The notes: a model not told the origin generated them from the letters alone. 60,296 nt of DNA from an uncultured Gammaproteobacteria bacterium (GCA_964624315.1 CAZUWJ010000002.1:1-60296); one strand, 5' to 3'. Numbered from the stretch's first letter, positions 26,501 through 36,281 are shown. Numbers and translations: made by a program.

Positions 26501-27398
26501 TTATCATCCAAGATGGCTCAATATCATTATTAAATAAACTTTTTAATAATTTTTTGCGTCTAATAATTCTTTCTAACTTAGCCCCTTTACTTTTCTTTTG
26601 TAATTCATTCAAATCTTCAATTGTTTGTTTTAAGTTTACTCTTTTTAATAAATTATCAATTGCGTCAGCCCCGATAGAAGCTTCAAACAAATGACCAAAA
26701 CGAAGAGATAATTCTTGATATTTATTTTCTGAAATAATATTTAAAAGTTGAATTTCTTTTAATTCTTTATCAGCTCTTTGAAAATCTTCTTCTAAAGATT
26801 TTATTTTTCTTTCACCTTCATGTTGAGCAGACTCCATATCAGCCACTGGAACTTTACTTTCTCTTAAACCTTCTAAAGTTTTTTCTACTTCTTTGGTGAT
26901 TTGTTTTCTTTTTTGTTTATATTCTTGGCGTAATTGTTCTTGAGTTTGTTTTTTAGCTTCTTCATCAACACTATTAATAATAAAAGAAGCAAAATATACA
27001 ACTTTTTCCAAAGCCATCACACTAAGATCCAAAACCAAACCTATCTTTGAAGGTACTGATCGCAAAAACCAAATATGAGCAACCGGGGTAGCCAATTTTA
27101 TATGTCCCATTCTTTCGCGACGAACAAGAGAGCTGGTAACTTCTACTCCGCAACGATCACAAACTATACCTTTGAAACGAATTTTTTTATACTTACCACA
27201 ATAACATTCATAATCTTTGGTCGGCCCAAAAATTTCTTCAGCAAACAGACCACCCTTTTCTGGTTTCTGAGTACGATAATTTATTGTTTCAGGTTTACTC
27301 ACTTCTCCATGGGACCAATTCATTATTACTTCTGGTGAAGCTAAGCGTAGTCTAATAGCATCAAAATCAGCGGAGTTGTTAGTATAATCTTTAATCAT
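23520..27398 (-). CDS. rpoC: DNA-directed RNA polymerase subunit beta'
   Basis: 1292 aa with the NADFDGD catalytic motif and an N-terminal zinc-binding CxC..CxxC. Confidence 0.97.
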   Translation of the reverse strand: MIKDYTNNSADFDAIRLRLASPEVIMNWSHGEVSKPETINYRTQKPEKGGLFAEEIFGPTKDYECYCGKYKKIRFKGIVCDRCGVEVTSSLVRRERMGHIKLATPVAHIWFLRSVPSKIGLVLDLSVMALEKVVYFASFIINSVDEEAKKQTQEQLRQEYKQKRKQITKEVEKTLEGLRESKVPVADMESAQHEGERKIKSLEEDFQRADKELKEIQLLNIISENKYQELSLRFGHLFEASIGADAIDNLLKRVNLKQTIEDLNELQKKSKGAKLERIIRRKKLLKSLFNNDIEPSWMIMKAIPVIPPDLRPMVALDGGRFATSDLNDLYRRVINRNNRLKRLMDLDAPEVICRNEKRMLQEAVDALIDNNARHSKTVMAATGQKRQLRSLADILKGKQGRFRQNLLGKRVDYSGRSVIVVGPKLNIDECGLPKRMALELFKPFVMSEIIKRELAHNVRSAGRFVDAEHDEVWDILEELTKTTRVLLNRAPTLHRLGIQAFHPKLAEGKAIQLHPLVCTAFNADFDGDQMAVHLPLTAEARWEADNLMAAEKNLLKPATGQPVITPKQDIALGAYYLTRYQIGEEEKEVKKYYYSEKDALLAYKARLVTLHEKVRVRFTDLSKFPPEHDGMIDTSIGRIIFNSIIEEKLPYFNEIINVKKLANIIRLYLEHYNQEETAAFLDRLKNLGYKYVTKSGYSLGMKDFPLIVEKKKILAESDKKVLVIEEQYQEGLLTDSERKAKVLDIWTTSKEAVVANSKGILSQDGPVFAMIDSGARGSWGQLGQVIGMKGLVVSPSGDIIELPVKGNFKEGFDTLEFFISSHGTRKGLSDTALRTAGAGYLTRRLVDVAQDVVVLEDDCGSVEGELLTIEQSKVMGEKLSDRVWGRYVMENVKAGRKVIVKAGEIVDDKAARLIDENAIDNIMVRTISRCKLPKGVCRKCYGFDLSHNKPAELGASVGVIAAQSIGEPGTQLTLRTFHTGGVAGGDITQGLPRVEELFEVRNPKHQAVLAEVDGRVELEDADGKIITSPSGKKIFEGKRGQKIAKLHFEGMDEKKIKFTKEDEVLVADGDKISKDKVLIVRGASGEEVKVSYDSEVKIDKRTIILTYKGPKVREYIIPLGYKLYVKDGDTVEKGQRITNGSINLQQLYELTDKDEVQRYIIEEVQHIYSSQGQKVNDKHVELIVRQMFSRVYIEDSGDTDLLPGEIVEKAQFVYSNRMVKKEGGKVAAARELLLGITKVSLSTQSFLSSASFQETAKVLINTAITGKVDYLEGLKENVIIGRLIPAGTGFKQ

Positions 27399-27422
27399 AT
27401 TATTATATTTTTATAGTTAATA

Positions 27423-30400
27423 TTATTCCTTATCTCCACTTTCTGACCGATCTCCCGATTCAATTTTTTCTCGTGCCTTTTTTATACTCTCGACCTCAGA
27501 GACAGGCAAATATTTTCCAGATTCTGTTTGTTTTAAAAGTTCTACATCCAAACCCAAACCTTTCATTTCTCTAACTAAAACATTAAATGATTCTGGTAAA
27601 TTAACTTTTTTAATTTCTTCCCCTTTGATTATAGATTCATAAGCTTTAGAACGTCCTGGAACATCATCAGATTTAATAGTCAAAACTTCTTGCAAAGTAT
27701 GAGCAGCTCCATAAGCTTCCAAAGCCCAAACTTCCATTTCTCCAAAACGTTGGCCACCAAACTGAGCTTTACCACCCAAAGGTTGTTGAGTTATTAAACT
27801 GTAAGGACCAATAGAGCGTTGATGAAGTTTATCTTCAACCATGTGGTTAAGTTTTAACATATAGTTATAACCCACAGTAGTTTTTTTATCAAAAGCTTCG
27901 CCAGTTCTACCATCGTATAATTGAACTTGACCATCAATTGGATGACCGGCTTGTTTTAATTCTCCCACTATTTGATCTTCAGTAACACCATTCAAAACTG
28001 GAGTAGCTGATTTATAACCCAAAGCATTGGCAGCTAAACCCAAATGAGTTTCTAACAACTGACCCAAGTTCATACGAGAAATAACACCCAGTGGTGACAA
28101 AATAATATCAACTGGAGTACCATCTTCTAAAAACGGCATGTCAGCGGCTGGAACTACACGAGAAATAACACCTTTATTACCATGACGACCAGCCATCTTA
28201 TCCCCTACTTGAATTTTTCTCATGTCAGCCACTGTTACTTGAACTTTTTTTGTAACCCCTGGCTCAAGCTTATCTCCATTTTCAGCAGAGAAAATTTTCA
28301 CATCAATCACTTTTCCATGTTCACCATGTTCTAAATATAAAGATGAATCACGAACATCCCTAGCTTTTTCACCAAAGATAGCGCGAAGTAATCTTTCTTC
28401 AGCAGACAATTCTGTTTCACCTTTTGGGGTAATTTTACCTACCAAAATATCACCGGATTTTACTTCGGCTCCAACACGAACAATACCTTCGCTATCTAAA
28501 TTTTTTAATTTTTCTTCAGAAACATTTGGAATGTCAGAGGTGATAACCTCAGAACCAAGTTTCGTATCACGAACATCAATTGAATAATTTTCAATATGCA
28601 CAGAAGTATATCTATCTTTTTGCACTACTCTTTCAGAAACAATTACCGCATCTTCATAGTTAAAACCATCCCAAACCATATAGGCGACTAACATGTTTTG
28701 TCCAACTGATAATTCTCCTTCAGCAATACATGGCCCGTCTGTTAGCTCCTGACCCTGCTTAACTTTGTCCCCAACATTTATTATTGGATGTTGGTTGATA
28801 CAAGAAGCAGCGTTAGAACGAACAAACTTATTCAACTGATATTCTTTTTCTTCGCCTTTTTTATCTTTTAAAATTATATGTCCACCATCAACAGCTTTAA
28901 TCTCGCCATCCATACCAGCTAATACCATATGACCAGAATAATAAGCAGCATTTCTTTCCATACCTGTTCCAACCAAAGGAGTTTCTGGTTTAATACAAGG
29001 CACAGCTTGTCTTTGCATGTTTGTTCCCATTAAAGCACGGGTAGCATCATCATGTTCCAAGAAAGGAATACAAGATGTGGCCACACTCAAAATCTGATTA
29101 GAAGCTACATCAACATATTCAACATCATCAGCTTTTGAAATACCAGGTTCACCATAAAGTCTAGCAGCTAAATTTTCTTCAACAAAATGACCATCCTCAT
29201 CTATTTCAATACTGGCCGTAGTGGTAATTGATTTTTCTTCTTTAAAAGAATTCAAATATACAATTTCAGGAGTCATGCGAGGTTTAACTGGCACTATTTT
29301 AATATCTTTTTTACCAGCTAATTTTTTTGCAATTTCTTTTGTTATTTTTGTTCCATCTTTTACACCGCCCAAATCACCTCTTAAAATTTGACCTTCGGTT
29401 AATTTTTCTTCATTCTTTACTTCTCTTAATAATTTTCTGTAAGGAGTTTCTAAAAATCCATATCGATTAACTCTAGAATAACTAGCTAAATGATTTACCA
29501 AACCAATATTTGGTCCTTCGGGAGTAGCAATCGGACAAATTCTACCATAATGAGTAGTATGCACATCACGAACTTCAAACCCAGCTCTATCACGAGACAA
29601 ACCACCTGGCCCCAAAGCTGATAAACGTCTTTTATGTTCTAACTCTGACAATGGATTAGTTTGATCCATAAACTGAGAAAGTTGAGAGCTCATAAAAAAC
29701 TCTTTGACAGCACTAGTAACTGGACGAGCATTTATTAATTTATTTGGAACTAATTTTTCTTCTTCAAAAGTACTCATTCTATCCTTAACTATTCTTTCCA
29801 TTCTAGCCAAACCTACTCTAAATCTGTTTTGTACTAATTCACCCACAGCTCTAATACGCCTATTACCCAAATGATCTACATCATCAGGTGCTTCTTGACT
29901 CACATTTAATCTAATAATTTCTTTTAAAACCATGGCTAGTTTTTCAGGAGACAAAACTCTAGCTTCTTTTTTATCTTTGCCTTTATCCAAATCTTCACCA
30001 AAACGATTGCGGAATTTGTAAAGACCAACATCACCCAAATCATATCTATCAAAATTAAAAAAGGTGGCATGAATCAAACTCTTGGCATTGTCAGAAGTAG
30101 CCAAATCACCTGGACGAATTCTTTTATAAACTTCTATCAAACCTTCTTCTTCATTAGTGGCTACATCTTTTTTGATTGTTTCTTCTATATAATTAATTTC
30201 AGGATGAGTATTAACATCTTTAAACAATTCATATATTTCTTCATCTGTTTCATAGCCAAAAGCACGCAACAATGAAGTAGCGGCTACTTTTCTTTTTCTA
30301 TCTACCTTAATCCACAAAACATTATTTTGATCTGTTTCTATTTCTATCCAAGCACCTCTATTTGGAATAACTTTTGCTCCGTAATAACGACGGCCTCTAA

Positions 30401-30860
30401 CATTTTCAGCTGTAAAAAAAGCACCAGCTGATCTGATAAGCTGAGATACAACTACACGTTCAATACCATTAACCACAAAAGTTCCTCTGCTAGTCATCAA
30501 AGGTACATCGCCTAAATAAATTTCTTGAGATCTTTCTTTTTTTGTTTTTTGATTTATAAGTTTAGCAGTAATACGCAAAGGAGCTTCGTAAGTGATATTT
30601 CTATCACGACATACTACTTCATCAAAACGAGGTTCATCTATATAATAATCTTCTAAATAAATCTCCAAATCACGTCCACTAAAATCGGCCATTGGAGAAA
30701 CTTCTTCTAAAAGTTCTTTGATACCGGTTTTTAAAAACCAGTTATAAGAACTCTTTTGTACCTCGATAAGATCGGGCACCGGCATGGCTTCCCTTTTGTT
30801 AGTAAAAAACTTTCTTTCTTGTGTCTTCAGAGGCTGTCTTTTAAAAATAGCAGTAGGCAT
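27423..30860 (-). CDS. rpoB: DNA-directed RNA polymerase subunit beta
   Basis: 1145 aa with conserved blocks GRHGNKGV, FGGQRFGEMEVWALEAYGA. Confidence 0.97.
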   Translation of the reverse strand: MPTAIFKRQPLKTQERKFFTNKREAMPVPDLIEVQKSSYNWFLKTGIKELLEEVSPMADFSGRDLEIYLEDYYIDEPRFDEVVCRDRNITYEAPLRITAKLINQKTKKERSQEIYLGDVPLMTSRGTFVVNGIERVVVSQLIRSAGAFFTAENVRGRRYYGAKVIPNRGAWIEIETDQNNVLWIKVDRKRKVAATSLLRAFGYETDEEIYELFKDVNTHPEINYIEETIKKDVATNEEEGLIEVYKRIRPGDLATSDNAKSLIHATFFNFDRYDLGDVGLYKFRNRFGEDLDKGKDKKEARVLSPEKLAMVLKEIIRLNVSQEAPDDVDHLGNRRIRAVGELVQNRFRVGLARMERIVKDRMSTFEEEKLVPNKLINARPVTSAVKEFFMSSQLSQFMDQTNPLSELEHKRRLSALGPGGLSRDRAGFEVRDVHTTHYGRICPIATPEGPNIGLVNHLASYSRVNRYGFLETPYRKLLREVKNEEKLTEGQILRGDLGGVKDGTKITKEIAKKLAGKKDIKIVPVKPRMTPEIVYLNSFKEEKSITTTASIEIDEDGHFVEENLAARLYGEPGISKADDVEYVDVASNQILSVATSCIPFLEHDDATRALMGTNMQRQAVPCIKPETPLVGTGMERNAAYYSGHMVLAGMDGEIKAVDGGHIILKDKKGEEKEYQLNKFVRSNAASCINQHPIINVGDKVKQGQELTDGPCIAEGELSVGQNMLVAYMVWDGFNYEDAVIVSERVVQKDRYTSVHIENYSIDVRDTKLGSEVITSDIPNVSEEKLKNLDSEGIVRVGAEVKSGDILVGKITPKGETELSAEERLLRAIFGEKARDVRDSSLYLEHGEHGKVIDVKIFSAENGDKLEPGVTKKVQVTVADMRKIQVGDKMAGRHGNKGVISRVVPAADMPFLEDGTPVDIILSPLGVISRMNLGQLLETHLGLAANALGYKSATPVLNGVTEDQIVGELKQAGHPIDGQVQLYDGRTGEAFDKKTTVGYNYMLKLNHMVEDKLHQRSIGPYSLITQQPLGGKAQFGGQRFGEMEVWALEAYGAAHTLQEVLTIKSDDVPGRSKAYESIIKGEEIKKVNLPESFNVLVREMKGLGLDVELLKQTESGKYLPVSEVESIKKAREKIESGDRSESGDKE

Positions 30861-31301
30861 AAGATATTTTTTAAATCTTTAATTTTTAAAGTTTATTTTT
30901 TTATTAAACTAGAACAAAAAATAACCCTGACTGTAGTCGGATTTTCATTTTTCTTTAATTTGAGCTGTAAATCAGCAAGGATAACATGAGGTTTTGGGGT
31001 TACCTTGCGCATAGCAAAGGAAGTTTAAGTGCCTCGCCACGCTAAGTTTTGGCTAAGATAAGGTATTTTAGAACGATATTTTAGCTCAAAGAACCTTTTA
31101 AATAAGTTTTTTTATGAAATCGCCTATATTTTAGCCTAAAACTAGTATTTTGTCAAATGAGAACAAGTGGATAACCCTTTGTCAAGAAAGTACTGTTTTT
31201 TAGCTAACCTAAGCCAAAATATAAAATTATTAAAATCTTATAAACAACTTATCCACAGAATAAAATATCACATATATAGAGACGTAAACTATTAGCATTA
31301 C

Positions 31302-31446
31302 TGTCATCCTGATATTTTATTGTAACCAGCAAAATAAACTGTCATCCTGAGGAACCGAAGGATCTTATATCACGACTTTAGATTCTTCGATTCCTCAGAA
31401 TGACAGTATCCCTACCTAGGATGACTATACTCCGCTCAGGATGACA
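31302..31446. repeat. cluster of five TGTCATCCTGA repeat units
   Basis: Units at 31302 (+) and 31340-31365 (+). Inverted units at 31380-31405, 31417-31425 (degenerate) and 31436-31446. Confidence 0.85.
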
Positions 31447-31494
31447 ATACCCTGCTCAAAATAACAAAACAAACTTCATATATATTTTATTCTC

Positions 31495-31522
31495 TTGACA
31501 AAATTTTTAAACAATATAAAAT
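31495..31522 (+). promoter_or_regulatory. possible promoter of the Cys-rich ORF
   Basis: TTGACA (31495-31500), 16-nt spacer, TAAAAT (31517-31522). Confidence 0.4.
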
Positions 31523-31726
31523 TATACTAGCAATGTCCTCCCTGTTGGCTGCGGAAGATTTGATGTCTCAACCGGATCAGATTTTAAAAACTTTTCTCTC
31601 TCTTATTGCGGCATTATTTTGCCCAGTATATGTTTTTACATTTGGCTCGTTAGTTAAAACATGCAAACCTTTACGCAGCCGATAGGCAGGATATCCAAAC
31701 CCCGACCCCCCTTAAAGGAGCACTCC

Positions 31727-32014
31727 ATGATTCAGGTAAAATATCTAGGTGGACCGAATTGTCAGCGCATACTAGGAAAACAGATCTCCCTAGTCCCAGA
31801 AACAACAGCAATAGATATGTGTAAACAATGCCCTGCAAAGGGAAAATGCCTCACCTATTCCTGTACAACAGCATTAAAAGGTGCTGTTTCCATCCACACC
31901 CCTATCTCCAGCAAAGGGTGTGACGACCCAGTGTTGAGCAGGCTAGCAGAAAGAGAAGAAACTTTTCCCTCTGTCCCCGCAAGCAACCTGGTTCCAATAA
32001 GCGAACTTGAATAA
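31727..32014 (+). CDS. 95-aa Cys-rich protein with WhiB-like cysteine spacing
   Basis: Start moved to ATG 31727, 6 nt after AAGGAG. Cysteine spacing is C12-X20-C33-X2-C36-X5-C42 in the context MCKQCPAKGKCLTY. Locally GC-elevated. Confidence 0.5.
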   Translation: MIQVKYLGGPNCQRILGKQISLVPETTAIDMCKQCPAKGKCLTYSCTTALKGAVSIHTPISSKGCDDPVLSRLAEREETFPSVPASNLVPISELE

Positions 32015-32044
32015 AAAACAAAACCTCAATCACTTTTATACTTC

Positions 32045-32070
32045 CCTGCCTCAGCTGAGGCAGGATTTTT
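32045..32070 (+). terminator. intrinsic terminator
   Basis: CCTGCCTCAG/CTGAGGCAGG followed by ATTTTT. Confidence 0.7.
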
Positions 32071-32127
32071 CTTGTTTGAGTGTTTCAAATCTGATATAAT
32101 AGACACTGCTTATATAAAATAAAAAAT

Positions 32128-34548
32128 ATGGGAAGACGCAGAAAAAAAAGAAAACTATCATTTTGGGAAAAATTTAGTTTTAACTCAGATGTAAGCCGAG
32201 GAATGTTGGCTATTTTTCTTTTAATAGTTGGAGGACTATCAACTCTAAGTTTTTTTAATCTAGCTGGAATAGCTGGAGAATTCATTGATGCCCTATTAGC
32301 CATAGTCTTTGGTCAAGTTAGGTATGTATTCCCAGCCGTTATTATTATTGTTGCGATTCTCATTGTTAAAAATTTAGATTATGAATATCGCCCCACTCAT
32401 CTGCTTGGATCTATTTTATTTTTTCTAAGTTTTAATGGATTAGTACATTTACAAAACTCAACTTCACAAATGGTTGATCTAGCCATGCAAGGATATGGAG
32501 GTGGTTTAGCTGGCTTGGCTTTGGCTTGGCCTTTATCAACTTACTTAAATTATTGGGGAGCAACTGTAATATTTGCTGGACTAATTTTAATTTCAATTAT
32601 ATTTTTATTTAATACCACTCTCACTCAAATAGTTTACCTCCACAAAAGATTTTTTTTATTACTTGGATGGTTTGGTAAAAAAATTATTGATTTCTTTGGT
32701 TTATTTATTAAAAACCAAGTAAAAATAAACGATGGAAGAAAAGAGGAGGAGGAAGATGAAGAAGATGATGAAGAAGAAGAAGAAGGGGAAGAAAATGAAA
32801 TAAAACCAAATTTATTCACTAGAAAAAAATTAGCAAAACAAGATGATGAAGAGGGGGAGGAAGAAGAAGAGGATGAAACAGAAAAAATAGAAATTAAACG
32901 CCCAAAAAGAAACTACAGATTACCTGGATTAAATTTATTAAATGTTAAAAAAAGCAAACCAACTTCAGGGGATATTGTAGCTAACGCTCAAACTATAAAA
33001 GAAACTTTTCAAAATTTTGGCATAGAAGTAGATATGGGTGAAATAAGGGTCGGGCCAACTGTAACTCAATATGCTTTTAAACCCGCCAAAGGAGTGAAAC
33101 TAACTCGTATTACTAATTTAAGCAATGATTTAGCTTTGGCTCTAGCAGCTCACCCTATTCGTATTGAAGCTCCTATCCCTGGTAAATCATTGGTGGGAAT
33201 TGAAGTGCCAAATCAAAAAGTAGCCATGGTAAGTTTGAAAGAATTATTAGAAAGTAAGGCCTACAAAAAAAGAGATCACAATATGATGGTTGCACTGGGC
33301 AAAGATGTAGCTGGCAAAGTACATTTTTGTGACTTACCAAAAATGCCTCACTTATTAGTTGCTGGTGCCACTGGTAGTGGAAAAACTGTTTGTTTAAATA
33401 CCATACTTTTAAGTTTATTATTTGAAAACACCCCTGAAACTTTGAGAATCATCATGGTTGATCCAAAAAGAGTTGAGTTAACTTTATTTGATGGCATACC
33501 TCATCTTTTAACACCTGTTATTACTGACTCACACAAAACTGTTAACGCTTTGAAGTGGACAATAGGAGAAATGGAAAGACGTTTTGAACTTTTAAGTAAA
33601 GCTGGGAAAAGAGATATTACTTCCTATAACAAAATCACCAAAGAAACAATACCTCACATTGTATTTGTTATAGATGAGTTGGCCGACTTGATGGCTACAG
33701 CTGCTAGCGAAGTAGAAGCTGGTATAATCCGTATCGCCCAGATGGCTCGGGCAGTTGGTATTCATTTAATAGTTGCTACTCAAAGACCTAGCGTGGAAGT
33801 TATTACTGGATTGATGAAAGCCAATATCCCTGGTCGTATCGCTTTTTCAGTAGCTTCAATTATTGATTCTCGTACAATTCTAGATTGTCCAGGAGCAGAC
33901 AAGCTTTTAGGACGAGGTGATATGCTGTATTTAACATCTGAAATGTCAAAACCAAAACGCTTACAAGGTGCTTATGTTTCGGAAGAAGAAATGAAAAAAG
34001 TTGTAAACTATATTAAAACCGACGCCCCACCTGAATATGAAGACGGAGTAATAGAAAAAGATAGTAATAGCGGAGGATCAAATAGTTTGTTTGGCGGCAG
34101 TGATGATCGAGACGCTCTGTTTAACGACGCAAAAAGAATAGTTATAGAATCAGGCAAAGCCAGCGCTTCCCTCTTACAACGAAGAATGAGAGTGGGCTAT
34201 GCCAGAGCCGCTAGAATTTTAGACGAATTAGAAGAAGCTGGTATTGTTGGGCCTGCTGATGGGGCAAAGCCAAGAGAAGTATTTACTGAACACCTAATGC
34301 CTGAACCAGATCCAGAATTATCTTACAGAGAACAAACAACTGACAGCGGTGGAATAGTTTTAGATAATGATGAAGAAGAGGAAGAGGAGGGTGAGGAAGA
34401 TGAATTAGAAACAGAGGATAGCGAAGAAGAGGATGAAGATGTAGAAGAAGAGGAAGAGGAGGATGAAGAGGATGAGGAAGACGAAGGGGATGAGGAGGAA
34501 GAGGAGGATGAAGAGGATGAGGAGTATAATGAGGTAGGCCTAAAATAG
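32128..34548 (+). CDS. ftsK: DNA translocase FtsK with poly-acidic linker and tail
   Basis: 806 aa with N-terminal TM helices, Walker A GATGSGKT, a gamma wHTH (LLQRRMRVGYARAARILDELEEAGIV) and E/D-rich low-complexity tracts. Confidence 0.92.
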   Translation: MGRRRKKRKLSFWEKFSFNSDVSRGMLAIFLLIVGGLSTLSFFNLAGIAGEFIDALLAIVFGQVRYVFPAVIIIVAILIVKNLDYEYRPTHLLGSILFFLSFNGLVHLQNSTSQMVDLAMQGYGGGLAGLALAWPLSTYLNYWGATVIFAGLILISIIFLFNTTLTQIVYLHKRFFLLLGWFGKKIIDFFGLFIKNQVKINDGRKEEEEDEEDDEEEEEGEENEIKPNLFTRKKLAKQDDEEGEEEEEDETEKIEIKRPKRNYRLPGLNLLNVKKSKPTSGDIVANAQTIKETFQNFGIEVDMGEIRVGPTVTQYAFKPAKGVKLTRITNLSNDLALALAAHPIRIEAPIPGKSLVGIEVPNQKVAMVSLKELLESKAYKKRDHNMMVALGKDVAGKVHFCDLPKMPHLLVAGATGSGKTVCLNTILLSLLFENTPETLRIIMVDPKRVELTLFDGIPHLLTPVITDSHKTVNALKWTIGEMERRFELLSKAGKRDITSYNKITKETIPHIVFVIDELADLMATAASEVEAGIIRIAQMARAVGIHLIVATQRPSVEVITGLMKANIPGRIAFSVASIIDSRTILDCPGADKLLGRGDMLYLTSEMSKPKRLQGAYVSEEEMKKVVNYIKTDAPPEYEDGVIEKDSNSGGSNSLFGGSDDRDALFNDAKRIVIESGKASASLLQRRMRVGYARAARILDELEEAGIVGPADGAKPREVFTEHLMPEPDPELSYREQTTDSGGIVLDNDEEEEEEGEEDELETEDSEEEDEDVEEEEEEDEEDEEDEGDEEEEEDEEDEEYNEVGLK

Positions 34549-34569
34549 CTTTAATAAAATAATTCAAAT

Positions 34570-35232
34570 ATGTCCATCTTTTGCTATAAAGAATTGGAGG
34601 CTCCAAAAAGAATTTGTTTTTTAATTAAAAATGCTAGAATTGAAAAAGGTTTAACCATAAAACAAGTAGAAGAAAAAACTAGAATCCCAAAAAAATATTT
34701 AGAAGCAATTGAAAAATGTAAATTTAATTTATTACCAAAAGCCAAGTCCCACCGAATTGCTTATATCAAAAAATATTGTAAACTTTTGAGATTAGAAGAA
34801 CACGAACACTTAGAAAAATTTTTAAACCAGGAAGGCTTAGAAGATGTTAATCAAATTCACCCTCATACTGAAGTAAACAAACTCTATCAAAAATCAATCA
34901 GTATTTGGGCTAGAAATATTATTATAATATTAACCGTTCTATGTTTTGCCCTTTATTTAACCTGGCAAATCAAAGGGATTTTACAACCACCAAAACTTGA
35001 GGTATACTTTCCTCAGGATGGATATGTCTCTGAGACCAGCCATATCAAAATAGAAGGTTTTACTGAAAAAGAAACTCACATAACTATTAATGGCAAAGAG
35101 GTGAAACCAGATGAACAAGGAAATTTTATAGCAAAGATAGACATGACTAAAGGAATCAATACTATTAATATCATAGCCAATAAAAAACATGGCAAACAAA
35201 ATAATATCATAAGAAATATAATCGTAAAATAA
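34570..35232 (+). CDS. RodZ-like HTH membrane protein
   Basis: 220 aa: an XRE-type HTH ([22 protein letters not shown]), one TM helix and a beta-rich C-domain. Confidence 0.5.
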   Translation: MSIFCYKELEAPKRICFLIKNARIEKGLTIKQVEEKTRIPKKYLEAIEKCKFNLLPKAKSHRIAYIKKYCKLLRLEEHEHLEKFLNQEGLEDVNQIHPHTEVNKLYQKSISIWARNIIIILTVLCFALYLTWQIKGILQPPKLEVYFPQDGYVSETSHIKIEGFTEKETHITINGKEVKPDEQGNFIAKIDMTKGINTINIIANKKHGKQNNIIRNIIVK

Positions 35233-35236
35233 AACT

Positions 35237-36274
35237 ATGACAGACAAAAAAGAAAAAGGAGAAGAAATAAAGGAGAAATTAAAAGCAGCTGAAAGTGCTA
35301 TCGAGCAGATCAGAAGTCGTTTTGGAGAAGGTTCTATTATGACTTTTGGTGAAAACCAAAAATTGCAAGTAGCTAGTGTGCCAACCGGTTGTCTTTCACT
35401 CGACATCGCCCTAGGAGTTGGTGGAGTACCAAGAGGAAGAGTAATAGAAATCTACGGACCAGAAAGCTCTGGTAAAACAACTTTGGCTCAACACATAGTA
35501 GCTGAAGTACAAAAATTAGGCGGAATAGCTGCCTTTGTAGATGCTGAGCATGCGCTAGATCCAGACTATGCTAGAAAAATAGGTGTAAAAGTAGATGAGA
35601 TGCTTATTTCTCAACCTGACACTGGTGAACAAGCTTTGGAAATTACCGAGACTCTAGTTCGCTCCAATGCAGTTGATGTTGTAGTTATTGATTCAGTAGC
35701 GGCTCTTGTGCCAAAATCAGAAATAGAAGGTGATATGGGAGATAGGCAAATGGGTACTCAAGCCAGACTTATGAGCCAGGCACTACGCAAATTAACTGGC
35801 ATCGTAAGTAAATCAAAAACAATTGTTATCTTTATCAACCAAACTAGAATGAAAATCGGAGTATTTTTTGGCAATCCAGAAACTACTACTGGTGGCATGG
35901 CTTTAAAATTCTATTCTTCAGTTAGAATAGAAGTTAGAAGAGCAGCTCAAATTAAACAAGGTGATAAAATAATCGGTAATAGAGTAAAAGCAAAAATAGT
36001 TAAAAATAAAGTAGCCGCCCCATTTAGAACCACTGAATTTGATATTATGTATAATGAAGGAATATCAATACCAGGAGATATACTAGATGTCGGAGTTGAA
36101 TACAAAATAATAGATAAAAAAGGAAATAGTTATGCTTTTGGAGAAGAAAAACTTGGAGTTGGAAGAGAAAAAGTAAAAGAATATTTAAAAGAAAATCCAA
36201 AATTAATAGAAAAAATAAGAAAAGAAGTGTGGCAGACTATTAGAAAAGAAGAAGTTGAAGAAGAAAAAAAATAG
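35237..36274 (+). CDS. recA: recombinase RecA
   Basis: 345 aa with Walker [10 protein letters not shown], plus FVDAEHALD and FINQTR motifs. Confidence 0.97.
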   Translation: MTDKKEKGEEIKEKLKAAESAIEQIRSRFGEGSIMTFGENQKLQVASVPTGCLSLDIALGVGGVPRGRVIEIYGPESSGKTTLAQHIVAEVQKLGGIAAFVDAEHALDPDYARKIGVKVDEMLISQPDTGEQALEITETLVRSNAVDVVVIDSVAALVPKSEIEGDMGDRQMGTQARLMSQALRKLTGIVSKSKTIVIFINQTRMKIGVFFGNPETTTGGMALKFYSSVRIEVRRAAQIKQGDKIIGNRVKAKIVKNKVAAPFRTTEFDIMYNEGISIPGDILDVGVEYKIIDKKGNSYAFGEEKLGVGREKVKEYLKENPKLIEKIRKEVWQTIRKEEVEEEKK

Positions 36275-36281
36275 TACAAAT

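Noticed and set aside
26272-26694. 140-aa antisense ORF inside rpoC, plus similar short ORFs inside rpoB, ileS, carB, gatB and others
   Set aside because: They are embedded antisense or out of frame in highly conserved genes. AT-rich DNA produces such open frames by chance.
31166-31257. DnaA-box-like 9-mers: TTATCCACA at 31249-31257 and TTATCCACT (minus) at 31166-31174. Isolated boxes also occur at 19-27, 1820-1828 and 43129-43140.
   Set aside because: Only two boxes fall within about 90 bp. There is no dnaA/dnaN nearby and no clear AT-rich unwinding repeats, so the evidence is insufficient to call oriC.
34283-34606. 107-aa P/L/H-rich ORF on the minus strand
   Set aside because: It is the antisense reading of the GAA/GAG/GAT-rich acidic tail of ftsK. 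It is a low-complexity artefact and overlaps a confident gene.
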